The translations under genes and the position numbers were made by a program. Shown here piece by piece: positions 12,768 through 30,330 of a stretch of DNA of 64,000 bases (within the stretch, counting starts at the first letter, position 1; each line of letters begins with the position of its first letter). Origin of the DNA: Cycas panzhihuaensis (lineage: Eukaryota > Plantae > Cycadophyta); the NCBI GenBank assembly GCA_023213395.1, contig CM041465.1, positions 171,437,741-171,501,740 of the forward strand. The letters run 5' to 3'. The notes beneath the pieces are model-generated. The model did no database searches. It was not told the DNA's origin and was given only the letters and a program-made list of their open reading frames with translations.

Positions 12768-15700
12768 CAGAGGTCCTCAATAGAACTTTAGAGATATATC
12801 TATGTTGTTTTTCCTCAGAACACCAAAATTAATAAAGGTGTTGGTTAGCTCCAGTAGAATATTGGTATAATTCCTTACACCACTCTACATTTAGCATGTC
12901 CTCCTTCATGGCCCTACATAGTTATCTCCCACCTTCCCATTAAACATTGACCACTAACTTGCTTACAACCTCAATATAATAGAAATTGTAAAATATGGGC
13001 AAAATCCTAAACACCCTCAAACAAAACTTGGCAATGGCTCATAGTCATATAAAGCAACGTGATGACTTCCACCACTCCAATTGAATCTTTTCTATTAGTG
13101 ATATGGTCTTTATTCACCTCCAACTATATAAATAATAATCACTCTACCACAATAGAAACCATAAACTTAATCCTTGATACTATGGTTCTTATAAGGTTAG
13201 CCTACACATTGATAAAGTTGCTTATGCCCTTGAACTCCCTTCTGATACTAAGATCTATAATGTCTTCCATGTGTCATGTCTAAAAAAGCCCCTTGGAAAG
13301 TATATTATATCATAGACCACTCTCCTAAACCTTGTTGAAGAGTAACTCCTAACTATTCCCCCAGACTATATTTTAGAAACTAAACACCTCCGTCTCTAAA
13401 ATAGGATTGTTTCAAACATTTGGCATAATTAACTAGCAACATACCTAAATAAGTGATATGGAATTTGGATGAATTCATCAAGAAGCATCCACATTTATTA
13501 CGTTATGGGGACTCAGGTCTTAGGGTAGGGGACATGTTATATAATGACTAGTTATTGGCAGGACTCTTATGAATGTACTCCTTGTTAGTAAGAAGCAGAT
13601 GTTAATTTTGACCATTAAAATGTATGTGTGGGCTACTAAAGGCCACTAATAGAAATAAAGGCTGAATACCTTTCCAATGCGATTCATTAACTAAACAACC
13701 ATTTTGCCTATTTAAGGCCCTATGGATGTAAAAGAAGATTAGTTTAGAATATGAAATTGCTACCGCCCATTTGGTGCATTTTTTTGATATTCGTTTTAGT
13801 GTTCATTTATTCTCTTTCTATAAGAAATACTAGGAGGAACCATATTAAGTGGTATTAAAGCTTGGTTATGTGACGAAGGGGACCTATGCAATAGGCAAAA
13901 ATCAAGATTTTGTTTTCCAACCAAATTAAGTACTCTCTTTGTATAACTAGAGATTAAGGAAAGACCTTCTCTCAGTACTCTTCCTACATAAAGACTGAGG
14001 AATAAAACCAATGGCATTCAAAAGTAATAAAGAAAAGGGAATTTTTTTTTCCTTAGTAATACTCAACGCATATCCTTTCAATTTAGTTTAGTTTATTTTA
14101 ATTACAGTACTTATGTCATTAGCTCAATGGTAGATAAAGTCACTTGGTGGCTATCCTTTCCCCTTCTACTCTTCATTCTCAGATAGATAATTTTGTATGG
14201 AGACCACCCAAAGTAGTTAAGTAGAGACCTTATACCAGGGATTTATAAAGATCATAGTAATCTATCATTTTGGCTAAGTGCATTATGGTTTTTCTGCCCC
14301 TTACATGAAAGATTAGAAATAACACTCCTAAATAAAGCATTAAACATAATGTGGCTGCAGAATTATACCTCCACATACCTTCGAGTATATAGAAGGACCC
14401 CTATAGGTCCTAAATCCTTCCTAGTGTAGGCAACCTATCAACTACTAAAGTCATATAGTGTAGTGGTTAGTAATTAGCACCATGAAGCTACCTGCCCTAA
14501 ACTTTTACATAAGAAGTCTATTAGTAAACTTACAAGACCAAGCATACCTTGTCTAATGGTTAGTGGAATATCTTATTTCTGGTTACGTCTTGATTCAAAT
14601 GCTCTACTTCCTACTTAAGATTTAAAAATATAGGATAACAGACCTTAAAAGAAAAAAAAACAAAGTCATCTCATAGTCCATAGGGAATTCTAAATTTTAA
14701 AGTACTTTTTAGATTTAGAAACAACCAATGGAACTTAAGGTAAAAAAAAAGTCCATGGCCCAAAAATACCCTTGGTGACCTATACATCTTATTTTGATTA
14801 GCACGTAATACTGACCATTTTTCATTAGGGTAGTTTTAACTTAAATTTTTTTGATACAATAGTATATAGGCATCTTATGAGCTCTACTGGCGAAAAAATT
14901 CACTTAAAATCCATCTATCCCATCTTGATAAGCTTCTCATGCTTGTTTTAGTGCACTAAGTCAATCCATTATACTTTTAGGGTCAATAGGCTATAGACAC
15001 CCTATCCTCCCCCACCCCCCTCTAACTCCCTTCTTATTCCCTCACTCGACTCCCAACTTCTTTAAATCTCTTTCTTCTTATCTATCCCTATTTTGTTGCT
15101 ATGTTCTTTCTTCCTTATATTGCTTTGTACAATCCTCTTCTCTGCTCTCATCCTACTTCAAATAATCCCATTCTCTCTTAATAACTAGTGTTTACAATTA
15201 TCAATGGCACCCAACCAAGCTCACAAATTCTAGATGCTTGAAAATAATCTCACATCTATTAAGGATGAGTTCAAGACCATATAGGAAGAGATCACCATCA
15301 ATAATTACCAAAATAAAAAAGAATTTGTAGCCATCGAAAGTAATTTTGCAAGCATCAATCTTGACCTTGCAAATTTTTTAAAGCTACTTTAGTAAATAAT
15401 CAACTAAGGTAATGCCTTAAATCAAGTAGAGTTATCTAACCAGTAGTAGGTACCACTGCCTCCTCCATTCTAAAGTCATCAATGATAACAACCCTTCTAT
15501 TACAAGATTAATATTCCTATCTTTGATCAAGATCTAAATAAGATCAATGTAAGGAGTTGGATTAGTAAATTATAGTCATATTTTTGACTCCATCCCGTGT
15601 TGATCGATGACTAACTCACCTTTACATCTATCCATCTAGATGGACAGGCTCATCATTGGCTTTAGTGATTGAATAAGGAGTACCATACGAAGCAATCTTA

Positions 15701-18505
15701 GGATCAATTTTGTAAAAGCTTCTTTAAGTAATATCAAGACACATGGAACCATACATTCTTTAGCTAGCTCACTTGACTAAGACAATCCTCAATAATAGAA
15801 CCTTTCATAAATGAGTTCTAAGCTCTCTAAAATAGGATTAATATGTAGCTAGATCAACCAACATTAGTCAAAATCTATGTAGTTAGACTCAAAGAATGCA
15901 TCTAAAAATATCCTTATTAAATACTTTGAGATGGACCACAACCATAGCCAAAGCAGTCAAAGCTAAATTCATAGCAGAATGTATATTCATCTCTCGATAG
16001 GATATACTATCACACCATCACTCTCGGGCAATAGATATACAATGACCACAACTTCACTTAGAGGATCGTTAGGAGGGTTGCCCTACAACAGAATGCTCCA
16101 TAGTAGAATGTCTAATAGTAGAACAAACCACAGGGTTTGAATGAGTAAGCCTTGTTGAAGCCAAGAGAAGCCAAAAAGCTGGTCTTTGCATCCAATGTAC
16201 AGAAAAATAGACTATTATATATGGTAGGGTCTATAAAGCAAAGCATATGGTCTTCACCATTGATCCTACAACATTAGTTCATGAAAATCTTGATACAGGC
16301 AATGAGCTTGAGGAAGGCCTAGCCATAGTACACCTTATTGACCCTAAGTTAGAACCTTAAGTTTCCCTTTCTGCTATTTCCTCTATGGTCTCCTCTACCT
16401 CTTGCCCTGAGCCTCTTTGAGTCAGAAGCACCTTGAAGAAGACTCCTGTCATCATCTTGATTGATGGTGATGCATCACTTAACTCCATCATCATCTCCTT
16501 ATCCAAATAACTTAACTTATACATAATGCCAAAAACTAGTTTTACTTACTTCTTACTAGGATACCATAAACTCCATTATATAGGTCTCATTAAAAACCTC
16601 CACATCTATATTGGCACATACTAATTGGATTCTGATTGTTATGCCCTTTCCATAGGAGAATCAAATGTCATCTTAGGAGTCAAATAGCTCCAAACCCTTA
16701 GCACTTACAATACTAATAATTCCCCTATTAATCCATTCATTATATTCAAAGACCAATTTAGATAAGCACATAAACTACATGGGTATCACCTACAAGTGTT
16801 TGAATTCACTATATCTTCTAAAAGGGGCAAAGAATATGTCATAGTCGATGCTCTGTCCTGCTTACCTTTAGAATCATCTTAGCCCATACTATAAGCCGTC
16901 TTTGCCCTCCAACCTATATGGCTATAAGAATTAATAATAGATAACTAATCTCAGGTAGATTTTGCTAAATGTTCCTTAAAAATTTAACATCAGAAGGATT
17001 TGACCTTGCACAACACCTATCTTCTCTACAAAAATCAAATCTTTATCCATCCATCATCTTCCTTCATTCTTCGTATCTTAACTAAGTACCACACCATCCC
17101 TTTAGGAGGCCACTCATGTTTTAATAAAACCTATCGATGTATCCAATATGACTTCTATTGGCCTCAAATAAAATCATCAACACCAACCTTCATAGTAAAA
17201 TGTGATGTCTACCAACACAATAAAGAAAATACAAGGGCTTAGCCTAGGCTCCTTTAACCCCTTCAAATTTTGTAAGGTAAATGGCAAGATATTACCATGG
17301 ATTTCATCACAAACCTTCCATCCTCTATTAGAAATGACTCCAGATAGGTAGTCATTGATTGACTAACAAAATATGTATACTTTCTACTAATCCACACATC
17401 CTACTAAGCCCCCTGCTTGGCCTACCTACATATCTAATTCATTTTTTGCCTCTACACTTTTCCATGTATTATAGTTTCAGATCAGAACCCTAAATTCACA
17501 TCTTCTTTTTTGTAAGAACTCTTCTATGTAGTTGGTACCTCTTTCAACATAAGTTCCTCTTATCACCCTTAGACAAATGGTCAATCTGAGATCCTCAATA
17601 GAACTTTAGAGACATATCTCCATTGTTTTACCTCAAAACACCAAAATTTATGGACCTCCTTATTAGCTCGAGTAGAATCCTAGTATAATTCTTGACACCA
17701 CTCTGTAATTGGAATTCTGCCCTTCATGGCTCTATATAGTTATCTCCCACCTTCCCATCACACATTAGCCACTAACTTGCATACAACTACAGTATAATAG
17801 AAATTACAAGACATGGATAAAATTCTAAATACCCTTAAACAAAACTTAGCAATGGATCAGAATTGGATGAAGCAACTTGTTGACTACCACTACTCTGATT
17901 AAACCTTTTTTGTTGGTGACATGATCTTTATTCACCTCTAACTATATAAGCAGCAGTCACTCTGCCACAACAAAAACTATAAACTTAATCCTCGATACTA
18001 TGGTCATTGCAAGGTTAGCCAACACATTAGTGAAGTCGCTTATGCCCTTGAACTCCCTTCTAATACTAAGATCCATAACTTCTTCTATGTGCCATACCTT
18101 AAAAAGCTCTTTAGAAAGTCCATTGTACCACATATCACTCTCATAATCCTGACCAAAGAGCAACTCCTAATCTTTCCCCTAGACTATATTTTGGAAACTA
18201 AACACCACCGTCTCCAAAATAAGACCATTTTTGAACATTTGGCATAATTGACTGGCAGTAGACTCGAGGAAATGACATGGGAGCTAGATGAATTTGTCAA
18301 GTAGCATCCATATCTATTACACTGTGGGGACTCAATATCTTAGGAGAGGGGACCTATTACATAACCACTAGTGGTTGGCAGAACTCTTGTGAATGTACTC
18401 CTTATTAGTAAAAAATAGGTATTAATGTTGACCATTAGAATGTATGCGCAGGTCACTTAGGACCACCAATGGAAATAAATGTTAAATGTCTCTCCAATGG
18501 GATTT
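12768..18505 (+). mobile_element. Ty3/gypsy (chromovirus-like) tandem element: INT tail - LTR - gag/PR/(RT deleted)/INT/chromodomain - truncated LTR
   Basis: EVLNRTLEIYL at 12770. PPT then LTR at 13535-~13847. PBS tggtattaaagc at 13850. Gag ~15200-15950. Protease VIILIDGDAS ~16450. RNaseH end 'KGKEYVIVDALS'-like ~16820. INT zinc finger HTIPLGGH..FYWP..CDVYQ (ORF 17000). Core DITMDF, and SYHP.TNGQSEILNRTLE ~17560. PPT aggagagggg at 18342. Second LTR starts at 18355. Confidence 0.85.
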
Positions 18506-20019
18506 AGACATAGGTTAAAAATTTTTAATTCTAATCAATTCTAACTATAGATGTTCTTATGTATATTTATTAGCCTTGAATAATTACTATTATCTATTAC
18601 ATATGTACATACATTTACATTTTGATATTAGTTACATAGATGAAGTAAATTGGTGATAGGTGTAGTTAGTACCTGCACTAACACCTTGAAGATGATTCAT
18701 ATGTAGAGTAATTTAAATTTTTTAAAACTATATACAAATATAAGAGCCATTTAATTGAAAAAGGTGATATTAATTTTTAAATAAAGTTTTGATTTTAAAA
18801 ACAATTTTGGTCTTCATTGTTAGCATATGCAAGTGTGAATCTAAAAGCAATTGTTCTATTTATTGTCTTTATTATTGGAAAAGTCCTATATTCATGCAAA
18901 ATGAAGAATTAAGGTAGAAGAAAATATTTAGTGTATCTAAAAGTTGGTTTTAGGATTATTTTGATTTATGGTTGCTTACCCTATTAACATTTAGGGTTAA
19001 ATATAAACACCTTCCATGACTTTGAACAAGCTTAGGCACATGAAAAAGTAAGTTTTTATACCCTTAAAAGGAAGTTGTGCATACTAACTAGATGTGCTTA
19101 TTTAGGAAATCAAACCCTTATACCTTAGTCATTATGACATAGGTTTCACATTTTTTGGGCAATATTTTCAAGGGTAAGACCATGAAAGGAGAGAGGTAAT
19201 GATGAATTTTAGAAATAGGAATATATATCTTGATTTTGTGTATAAAATTTTTAAGGAGACATGAACATAAGCATATGAACTTCTCTTTACTTGGCCATTT
19301 CCACCTTAGTGTACCTCTAGTTATTGTCCTATATTGTGCACTTATTATGACTCTCTTACCTATCTTATTTTTAGTATTTATGTACCATTTTCAAGGATTA
19401 AATGGAGGAATAAAAGAAGTGTCGATAGATTTCAATGCAACTTTAAAGGTGATTCTAACGGTGCTAATGCACTTGTAGCTTCTTAACCACATACATATGC
19501 ATGCCATGATTCACTCCTATTTATATCCCATAGAACTTTGATTCTTGTTTCCATGACTTATGCTTGTATTTTAGCCACATATATTTTCATTATAAATCTG
19601 TATGCATATTGGTTTAAATGATATTGTGACAACATCATTGAATGACCTTTTCTTTCATATTAAATATGCACATATGAATTTGGAGGAAAGTAGAACATTA
19701 AAGTCTATGGTCTTCTCCTTTCTGTTGAATATGTATTCATTAGTGTTTTGAATTTGCTTTAATTACCTTTTCCACCCAATTAAAATTTCCTCCTTATTTC
19801 TAGATACCATTTTATTGTGTGCAAGTTGCATTTGTTTGTCCTCTTTTTTTCTTTGTGTTTCAATTATTCAACCTAGATTGCTTGTAGTATAGAACACGTT
19901 ATTTGTACTTACCTTATCACACTACTTATATTCCTTAATTGCCTAGAATTATTGGGCTAGATTCTTAACCATGTGAATTTAAGATGCATGTATGCATATG
20001 AGCTCAAGGGAGATCAAGG

Positions 20020-20159
20020 CATTAAAGTGTGTGGCATGTTGGCTTCTTTATATACATAGTTTATATTCCTAGTCCGTTCTCATCCTTGTCATTAAAGTGT
20101 GTGGCATGTTGGCTTCTTTATAAACATAGTTTATATTCCTAGCTCCTTCTCATCCTTGT
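20020..20159. repeat. Two-copy 70-bp tandem repeat in the RLK copy 1 promoter
   Basis: cattaaagtgtgtggcatgtt...catccttgt at 20020-20089 and 20090-20159. Confidence 0.95.
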
Positions 20160-20178
20160 CACATATTATAATTATAGT

Positions 20179-20372
20179 CGTCAAGTCAATTTTACCTATA
20201 GCATGTTGTATCCATGCATCTTCCCTTTTCTAATGTTGCTTGACTTATTTAAACCCCATTTAGAAGCATATGTTGCTTACTTAAGTGGTCAAGTTTCTTT
20301 TTGGGTCAACCACTCTTTCTCTTCATGGGTATTCACACTTGGGATACATTTATCTTTGATTGCCTATATATA
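20179..20372 (+). promoter_or_regulatory. W-box cluster plus TATA box of LRR-RLK copy 1
   Basis: TTGACY or its reverse complement at 20184, 20240, 20287 and 20304. TATATATA at 20365-20372, about 60 bp before ATG 20430. Confidence 0.6.
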
Positions 20373-20429
20373 TGGGTTTGAAGGAGGTTAACCCACACAT
20401 AGCCCTAAGATTCATTTTAATTTTTGAAG

Positions 20430-22757
20430 ATGCATCTTTTATTGTTATTTGTTCTGTCCTCCCTTAGATTCCTTCTATCATGCTCAACTCTTGCCCAAGC
20501 ATCTCATTTTAATCCTCATCCCCACCTCAACAATGCTACTGATCGGCAGTCTCTTTTGGCATTCAAGGCTTCGATCATGTCTGGTCCTAACGATGTATTA
20601 GGCAATTGCGATTCTAATGTAACCTTCTGCAATTGGAGAGGCATTTGGTGCAGTTCAAGAAGAGAAAGAGTGGTGGTCATAAATCTCCAAAGCAAGGGCT
20701 TAAGAGGTACCATCACCCCCTTTTTAAAAAATCTCTCGTTTTTGCACACTCTACGACTTGGTAATAATAGTTTTTATGGTCCCATTCCACACGAATTAGG
20801 AAGCCTCCGCCGGTTAAGAACCCTTTCGTTGCCGATAAACGAGTTAGAGGGTCCCATTCCGACGGCACTCGCTAATTGTAGCAAACTGGAAATCTTAGCT
20901 CTCTCGTTCAACCAGTTGAGCGGAATCATTCCGCCTGAGCTATCTCTTCTGACAGGTTTACGGATACTTTACCTCGAGGGAACCATTCCTCAATCGTTGG
21001 GAAACCTCTCTGCCCTGGTGGAATTGGACTTGGGGTGAACAATCTCGAGGGTGTCATTCCCCCTCGCTTGGGTCTCCTCATCAATCTACAGTCCCTTTTG
21101 ATTAGCGAGAATCATCTGAGCGGACACATTCCACCGTCCCTCTCCAACTGCACTGCCCTGTCCGAATTGGATTTGTACGACAACCATTTGACGGTAACGA
21201 TTCCCGTGGAGTTGGGCGCCAGGCTCCTCAATCTGCAATTACTCTCTGTGTGGAAGAACCAGCTGAGTGGTAGCATTCCGGAGTCTGTGGGCAACTGTAC
21301 GCAACTCACAAAACTTGCCCTGAACGAGAATCAACTGACAGGTGCAGTGCCGGTGGCCTCGGGTAAGTTGCATCTTCTTGAACGCCTTTATTTGCATAAT
21401 AATCGACTTGCCAGCGGTGACGGATTGCCCGTCCTCACAGCACTAGCCAATTGCTCCGTCCTCCAAGAAATACATTTGAATTCCAATAATCTCACGGGCG
21501 TGTTGCCCCCTTCCATAGGCCGACTGTCTACCAATCTCTCCGTTTTCCGCCTGCAAATCAATCGCATTGGAAGAAACATTCCTCCGCAGATTGGGAACCT
21601 GAAGAGCCTGTACCACCTGGATTTGAGTAGCAATCTCTTTAACGGCGCCCTCCCACCAGCACTCAAAGGACTGGTAAACTTGCAAAGATTGCATCTGGAC
21701 AACAACAGACTGCAAGGAAACATTCCAAGAGAGATCGGTTATCTGAGTAACCTTGGAGAGTTGTACTTGGGCAATAATAGGATCTCCTGACAAATTCCTT
21801 CCTCTGTTGGCGATCTTCAACAACTGAGATACCTTGATCTCCATCAAAACCAGTTGACAGGAAGGATACCGGAGACTCTCGGAAATTGTTGGCGTATGGA
21901 ATTGCTAGATCTGTCCTACAACAGATTCAGTGAAGACATACCGCCAAATGTTGCCGGCCTTCCAAATTTACTTAAATATTTCAATTTGTCGAGCAACTCT
22001 CTGCGAGGCTCCTTGCCTTTGGAGATCGGTCAGATGGCAAAGGTCTTAGCTATAGATATTTCTATGAATCGCTTTGACGGTGCCATTCCGGGCACCCTTG
22101 GAGGTTGCTCGGCTCTACAATACCTCAATCTTTCTCACAATGCATTAGAAGGGGGTATGTCTCCAGATTCGTTTGGCCAACTAAGAAGTCTCCAGGACAT
22201 GGATCTCTCTTTCAATGGCTTGTCGGGAAGAATACCAGAGTCCTTGGAAACGCTGAATATGCTTGCTCACTTGAACCTCTCTTTCAACAACTTGAGCGGA
22301 GAGATCCCAAGAGCATACAGGCCTTTCTGGATCGAGATTGGGTGTTTGCCAATCTTACCAGCGCATCGTTTATAGGAAATCCTGGCCTTTGTGGATCGTG
22401 GATACATTTGCCTGCATGTCCCGCTTCTGCTTCCGGGAAACACACAGATTCTGCACACACACTTCTCAAATGAATAATAGCGTCGGTAGCTGCCGTTGGC
22501 GGTCTTATACTGTTCATCTTACTCGTGGGCTTCTTTCGGAGTCGCAATTGGTATCTCAAGCATTTGGATCTCCCCAAAGGTTTTACGCCAAAACGAGGGC
22601 CCCCAAGGATTTCATATCAGGAGCTTCTTACCGCAACTAATGGTTTGGTTTCGACGAGGCCAACTTGCTAGGAGTTGGTAGCTTTGGGTCTGTCTATAAA
22701 GCAATTCTCCTGCCATAAAGGTGTTTCCTTTGCAGAACGAAAAGTCTGACAAAAGTA
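20430..22757 (+). pseudogene. LRR receptor-like kinase (LRR-XII, EFR/FLS2/Xa21-like) pseudogene, kinase truncated after subdomain II
   Basis: Signal peptide, LRRNT (DRQSLLAFK...CNWRGIWC), about 20 plant-specific LRRs (LxxLxLxxNxLxGxIP), cap FIGNPGLCG, TM IIASVAAVGGLILFILLVGFF, RISYQELLTATNG, NLLGVGSFGSVYKA and AIKV. Lesions: 1-bp deletion ~21035, TGA 21788, 23-bp insertion 22313-22335, TGA 22471, 5-bp duplication ~22645, deletion ~22710, and loss of the rest of the kinase. Confidence 0.95.
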
Positions 22758-24331
22758 GACAATGACAAAAGTAAGCAAAGACTTTAAGATGAGCTGGTAC
22801 TAATTTGTGTGTACATGAATTTGGAGGGGGTGGAAGAAATAATATAAAGAAAAGGGATCCTATGACATTGTCATTTTAGACTATTTGTCCATTCATCTTC
22901 TATGCTCATTATGCATCTATCTTCCAAATAATAAATTAGTGTAGATTGTTATAGTCTGTGAGTGCTGATATGTAGCTCGTATATTCAAAGCCACAATGTA
23001 TATTGATTTATAAAAGATTTTTGAGCAAAAACAAAGTAGGATTGTGTAGATTTATGGGATGAGTTATCAAGTCATTCTGAATTAGTTTTTTTTTTTTTTG
23101 TCTGATAAAAAACGGTCCACAGACATGTAATCATTTTTTTATTTTTATTTTTTCAACTATGTGGAGAGTAAATGGGAGGGTTGAGTACCCTCTCCCCGTC
23201 TCTCCCCACTGAAGTCCCCTGAAGGTGCCTATCGGCGCAACAAATATAATAAAAAAAACAACAACACTTTTTTGAGAGTAAGGATGAGAGAAGGGAGGGG
23301 AAATGAGTGAGGTAAGAGACAATGCACTCAAATATGGGATGGGACATGGGTACAAAAGGCTAAGATGACATGATATTAGATGTGATATAAGTATAAAGAG
23401 GATAAATAATATGTGATTATAATTAATATTAAAAAAATAATATCAAGTATGCATGTACATGCATACAAATAAATCCACGATAATTATTTGCAATCACAAC
23501 AATCACCCACTTGATACTAATTTTGGGGATGAAATAAGTTTTCCAACTATCAATTATTTATGAAAACGATAAAAAATATATAAATAAGCTCTTATGCAAT
23601 TATTGTTTAAATGCTCGAAGCTATTCTAATAATTAATCAATAATACATAAAACATGCTAATAATTATTTTAATACTCAAGTAAAAGTCCTTTTGTCAAAA
23701 CATCCTAAAAAATAAACTCATGCATATTCTCTTAATAAGACTTAAAGGCAGGGGATACAATAATTTTACAAGAGGCTACCATCATAGCCAAATAAACACA
23801 AATCAAACCATAAGAATATTGTAACATCATAAACTTTTCTTCAAAAATTACTTTTTCACAAGTGAAACTAAAATAATATATGATCTATATGTTGATCATG
23901 CTACTTATGTTACTCATGTAGGGGTATGTGTCAAAATTGTAGCTAAAATAACTTTTAAAAAAACTAAATTTAATATCAATACTTATCATAAAAAAGGTAG
24001 GTATAAAAGGCTTCCATTTTTTATAAGAATAGAAGAGTACCAAAAGCTACAATATGATATGCTCAATGAAATTTATAATGATGCTATGAATAAAAAGTTA
24101 AAGATTCACTAAAAATATGAAATTATATAATTCCTAAAGTAAAACTCAGATTTATCGAGGATAAGGGGATGGAGACCCTTCCTCCTCTCCCTTTAATGTC
24201 CTAATCTATGTGTTTCTTCTATGAGTCCTAGGACACTTAAGAGCTTGTAGGGATAGTAGATTCATACTTACACTTCAATGTAGATATTTGATAGGAATGG
24301 AAGATTAGTTCGGAGTGTAGAAATTTTAGCT

Positions 24332-25700
24332 TGTTTTGATATAACATATTAACAAATGTATATGAGTAGAATATGTATTAACTATTAATGTATTCATAAA
24401 TATATACGCATCAATAATTACATGATCATTCAACAATATAAAGGATAATAAGGGCAATCAAAGAGTTAATCATGAAACCATAATATGACACAATGCTTAA
24501 CATGAAAAGCCTGTGCATGGAAAAAATCACCTCTAAAAATCACGCATAAGATATCATATTATATAATAAACTTGACTTTGTTACTTCTTCATATCTCCAA
24601 TGTGAGAAAGAACACAAGAAAAATGGAGGTAGATGGAGTGGTGATGGAGATGAAGTGTACCAAATAAAGACACACCACAATGAACCTAAATAAAACTAAT
24701 ATTTGATTAACAAAATATAACTTTATAATGCATAGGGTCGTGTGCTTATAGTAGCACAAGATCACCCTTAAACCTTAGTTCTTATATTATTTTATTAACC
24801 TACCTCTAACTTGACCTATCACCCATTTCCTGTATTATTTAATTAGCATAACACTAACCCAACTAACGTAACTTAATTCCATGTGAACGCTATTGTCCTA
24901 ACCTAACTTTATATGGGGAGGATCACCATATACCCTCCCTCCTTAGATGCTTTACCCCCAAAAGCATCTAAATACATGAATACATATGATTACCACCTCC
25001 TGTTGTTGCTAGGATATTTATAGTAGATGTTTCATCCTTCTACCATAATATGAAAACTACTATTGCACTTGATATTAAAGAAGAATGATGCTTTATATAC
25101 ACTTTTTCTGTTGAATAGAAATATGCATCAAATGAGTGTAGTCCCTTTTATTCGATATTATCATCAAAGAAATGAGGACCCATGGTGTAATAATGTGGGG
25201 ATCTACAAAATTAGGGATCTAATTACTCCTATAAGATGGATAAGGATGACACCTCTATTTTATACTTAAGCTCTTTTTTAATGCTTACACATTTACACTA
25301 CATGGTTGAGTGATATTGGTCCTTTAAAAGTTCACCTCGTTTAACATGTAACTCATAATTTTCTTCTAAGGTGATAAACTCCATGTTGATCACATTGTGA
25401 TTTAGTGGAGAGCTAAGCAAAGGGATTTCAACATGCTTATTCAAAGTTGATAGAAAAGAAAAATTTATATCAACCATGGATTTTATTTCCCCAATTTCTT
25501 CTTCTTCTACTTCTTCTTCTTGCTTGGTCCTTCCTCTCATAAGGGAATTTTGATTAGAAATGAGTTCTTTATGTGCTAGTAGAGAGAAAATTTAAGGAGA
25601 CCTATAGTGTTCAAGATATCATTTATGTACCCACCACTAAAGGTATAATTTTCAGTTATAGAATACCTTAACAAATCTTCTCATTCACGGTTAGGTTAAC
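24332..25700 (-). mobile_element. Ty3/gypsy 3' remnant (integrase tail, chromodomain-like region, PPT, 3' LTR ~24332-24930)
   Basis: Reverse strand gives NYELHV...CVSIKKEL (GPY/F-like) and FFFNIKC. Gypsy-type PPT ttttgggggtaaagcatctaaggagggaggg at ~24933-24965. LTR-like motif aacatgaaaagcc..ggaaaaaatcac. Confidence 0.55.
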
Positions 25701-25786
25701 CTCTTTAGAGTATGTGGGTGAGGTTGTATGTTAGTCATCAAAAGTGACTAAACCATAAAGACTAAAATGAAGAAGTTGGGTCATGA

Positions 25787-25821
25787 TATCTATCTATCTA
25801 TCTATCTATCTATCTACCTAT

Positions 25822-25861
<40 letters not shown>

Positions 25862-25891
25862 ATATACATACATACATATATACATACATAT

Positions 25892-25935
<44 letters not shown>

Positions 25936-25968
25936 ACATGTATGTATACATATATACATACATATGTA
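25787..25968. repeat. Compound microsatellite (TATC)n-(TACA/TA)n-(CA)n
   Basis: Directly visible. It explains ORFs 25767 and 25783. Confidence 0.95.
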
Positions 25969-26199
25969 TTCATGTACAATATAAATCTTTATAAAATTAT
26001 AAGATCTAATGGTAAACTTTAATATCTACTACAAGTAAAGTGTAAAGTATATTACATAATAGCCTAAAATTAAGCCCACAAAATAAGGATTCTTCTAGAA
26101 TAGATGAAATTGAATTTTGAGTCCATATGGAAAAGATATAGGCAAAACTATAAATGATAGTGCTAAAATTTCAAGATGGCTCTTTTAATTAAGTTTTAG

Positions 26200-30330
<4,131 letters not shown>

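Noticed and set aside
20020-20159. CRISPR-like or other prokaryotic repeat system
   Set aside because: Two adjacent copies with no spacers, no cas genes, and an entirely eukaryotic context.
20516-22577. Antisense ORFs over the RLK genes (also 43014-44306)
   Set aside because: Shadow frames of GC-richer LRR coding sequence with no independent motifs.
23160-23262. GC-richer island with a short hairpin (gagggt..accctc) followed by an A-rich tract, possibly a SINE or Helitron end
   Set aside because: No A/B boxes, TSD or CTRR terminus that I can support.
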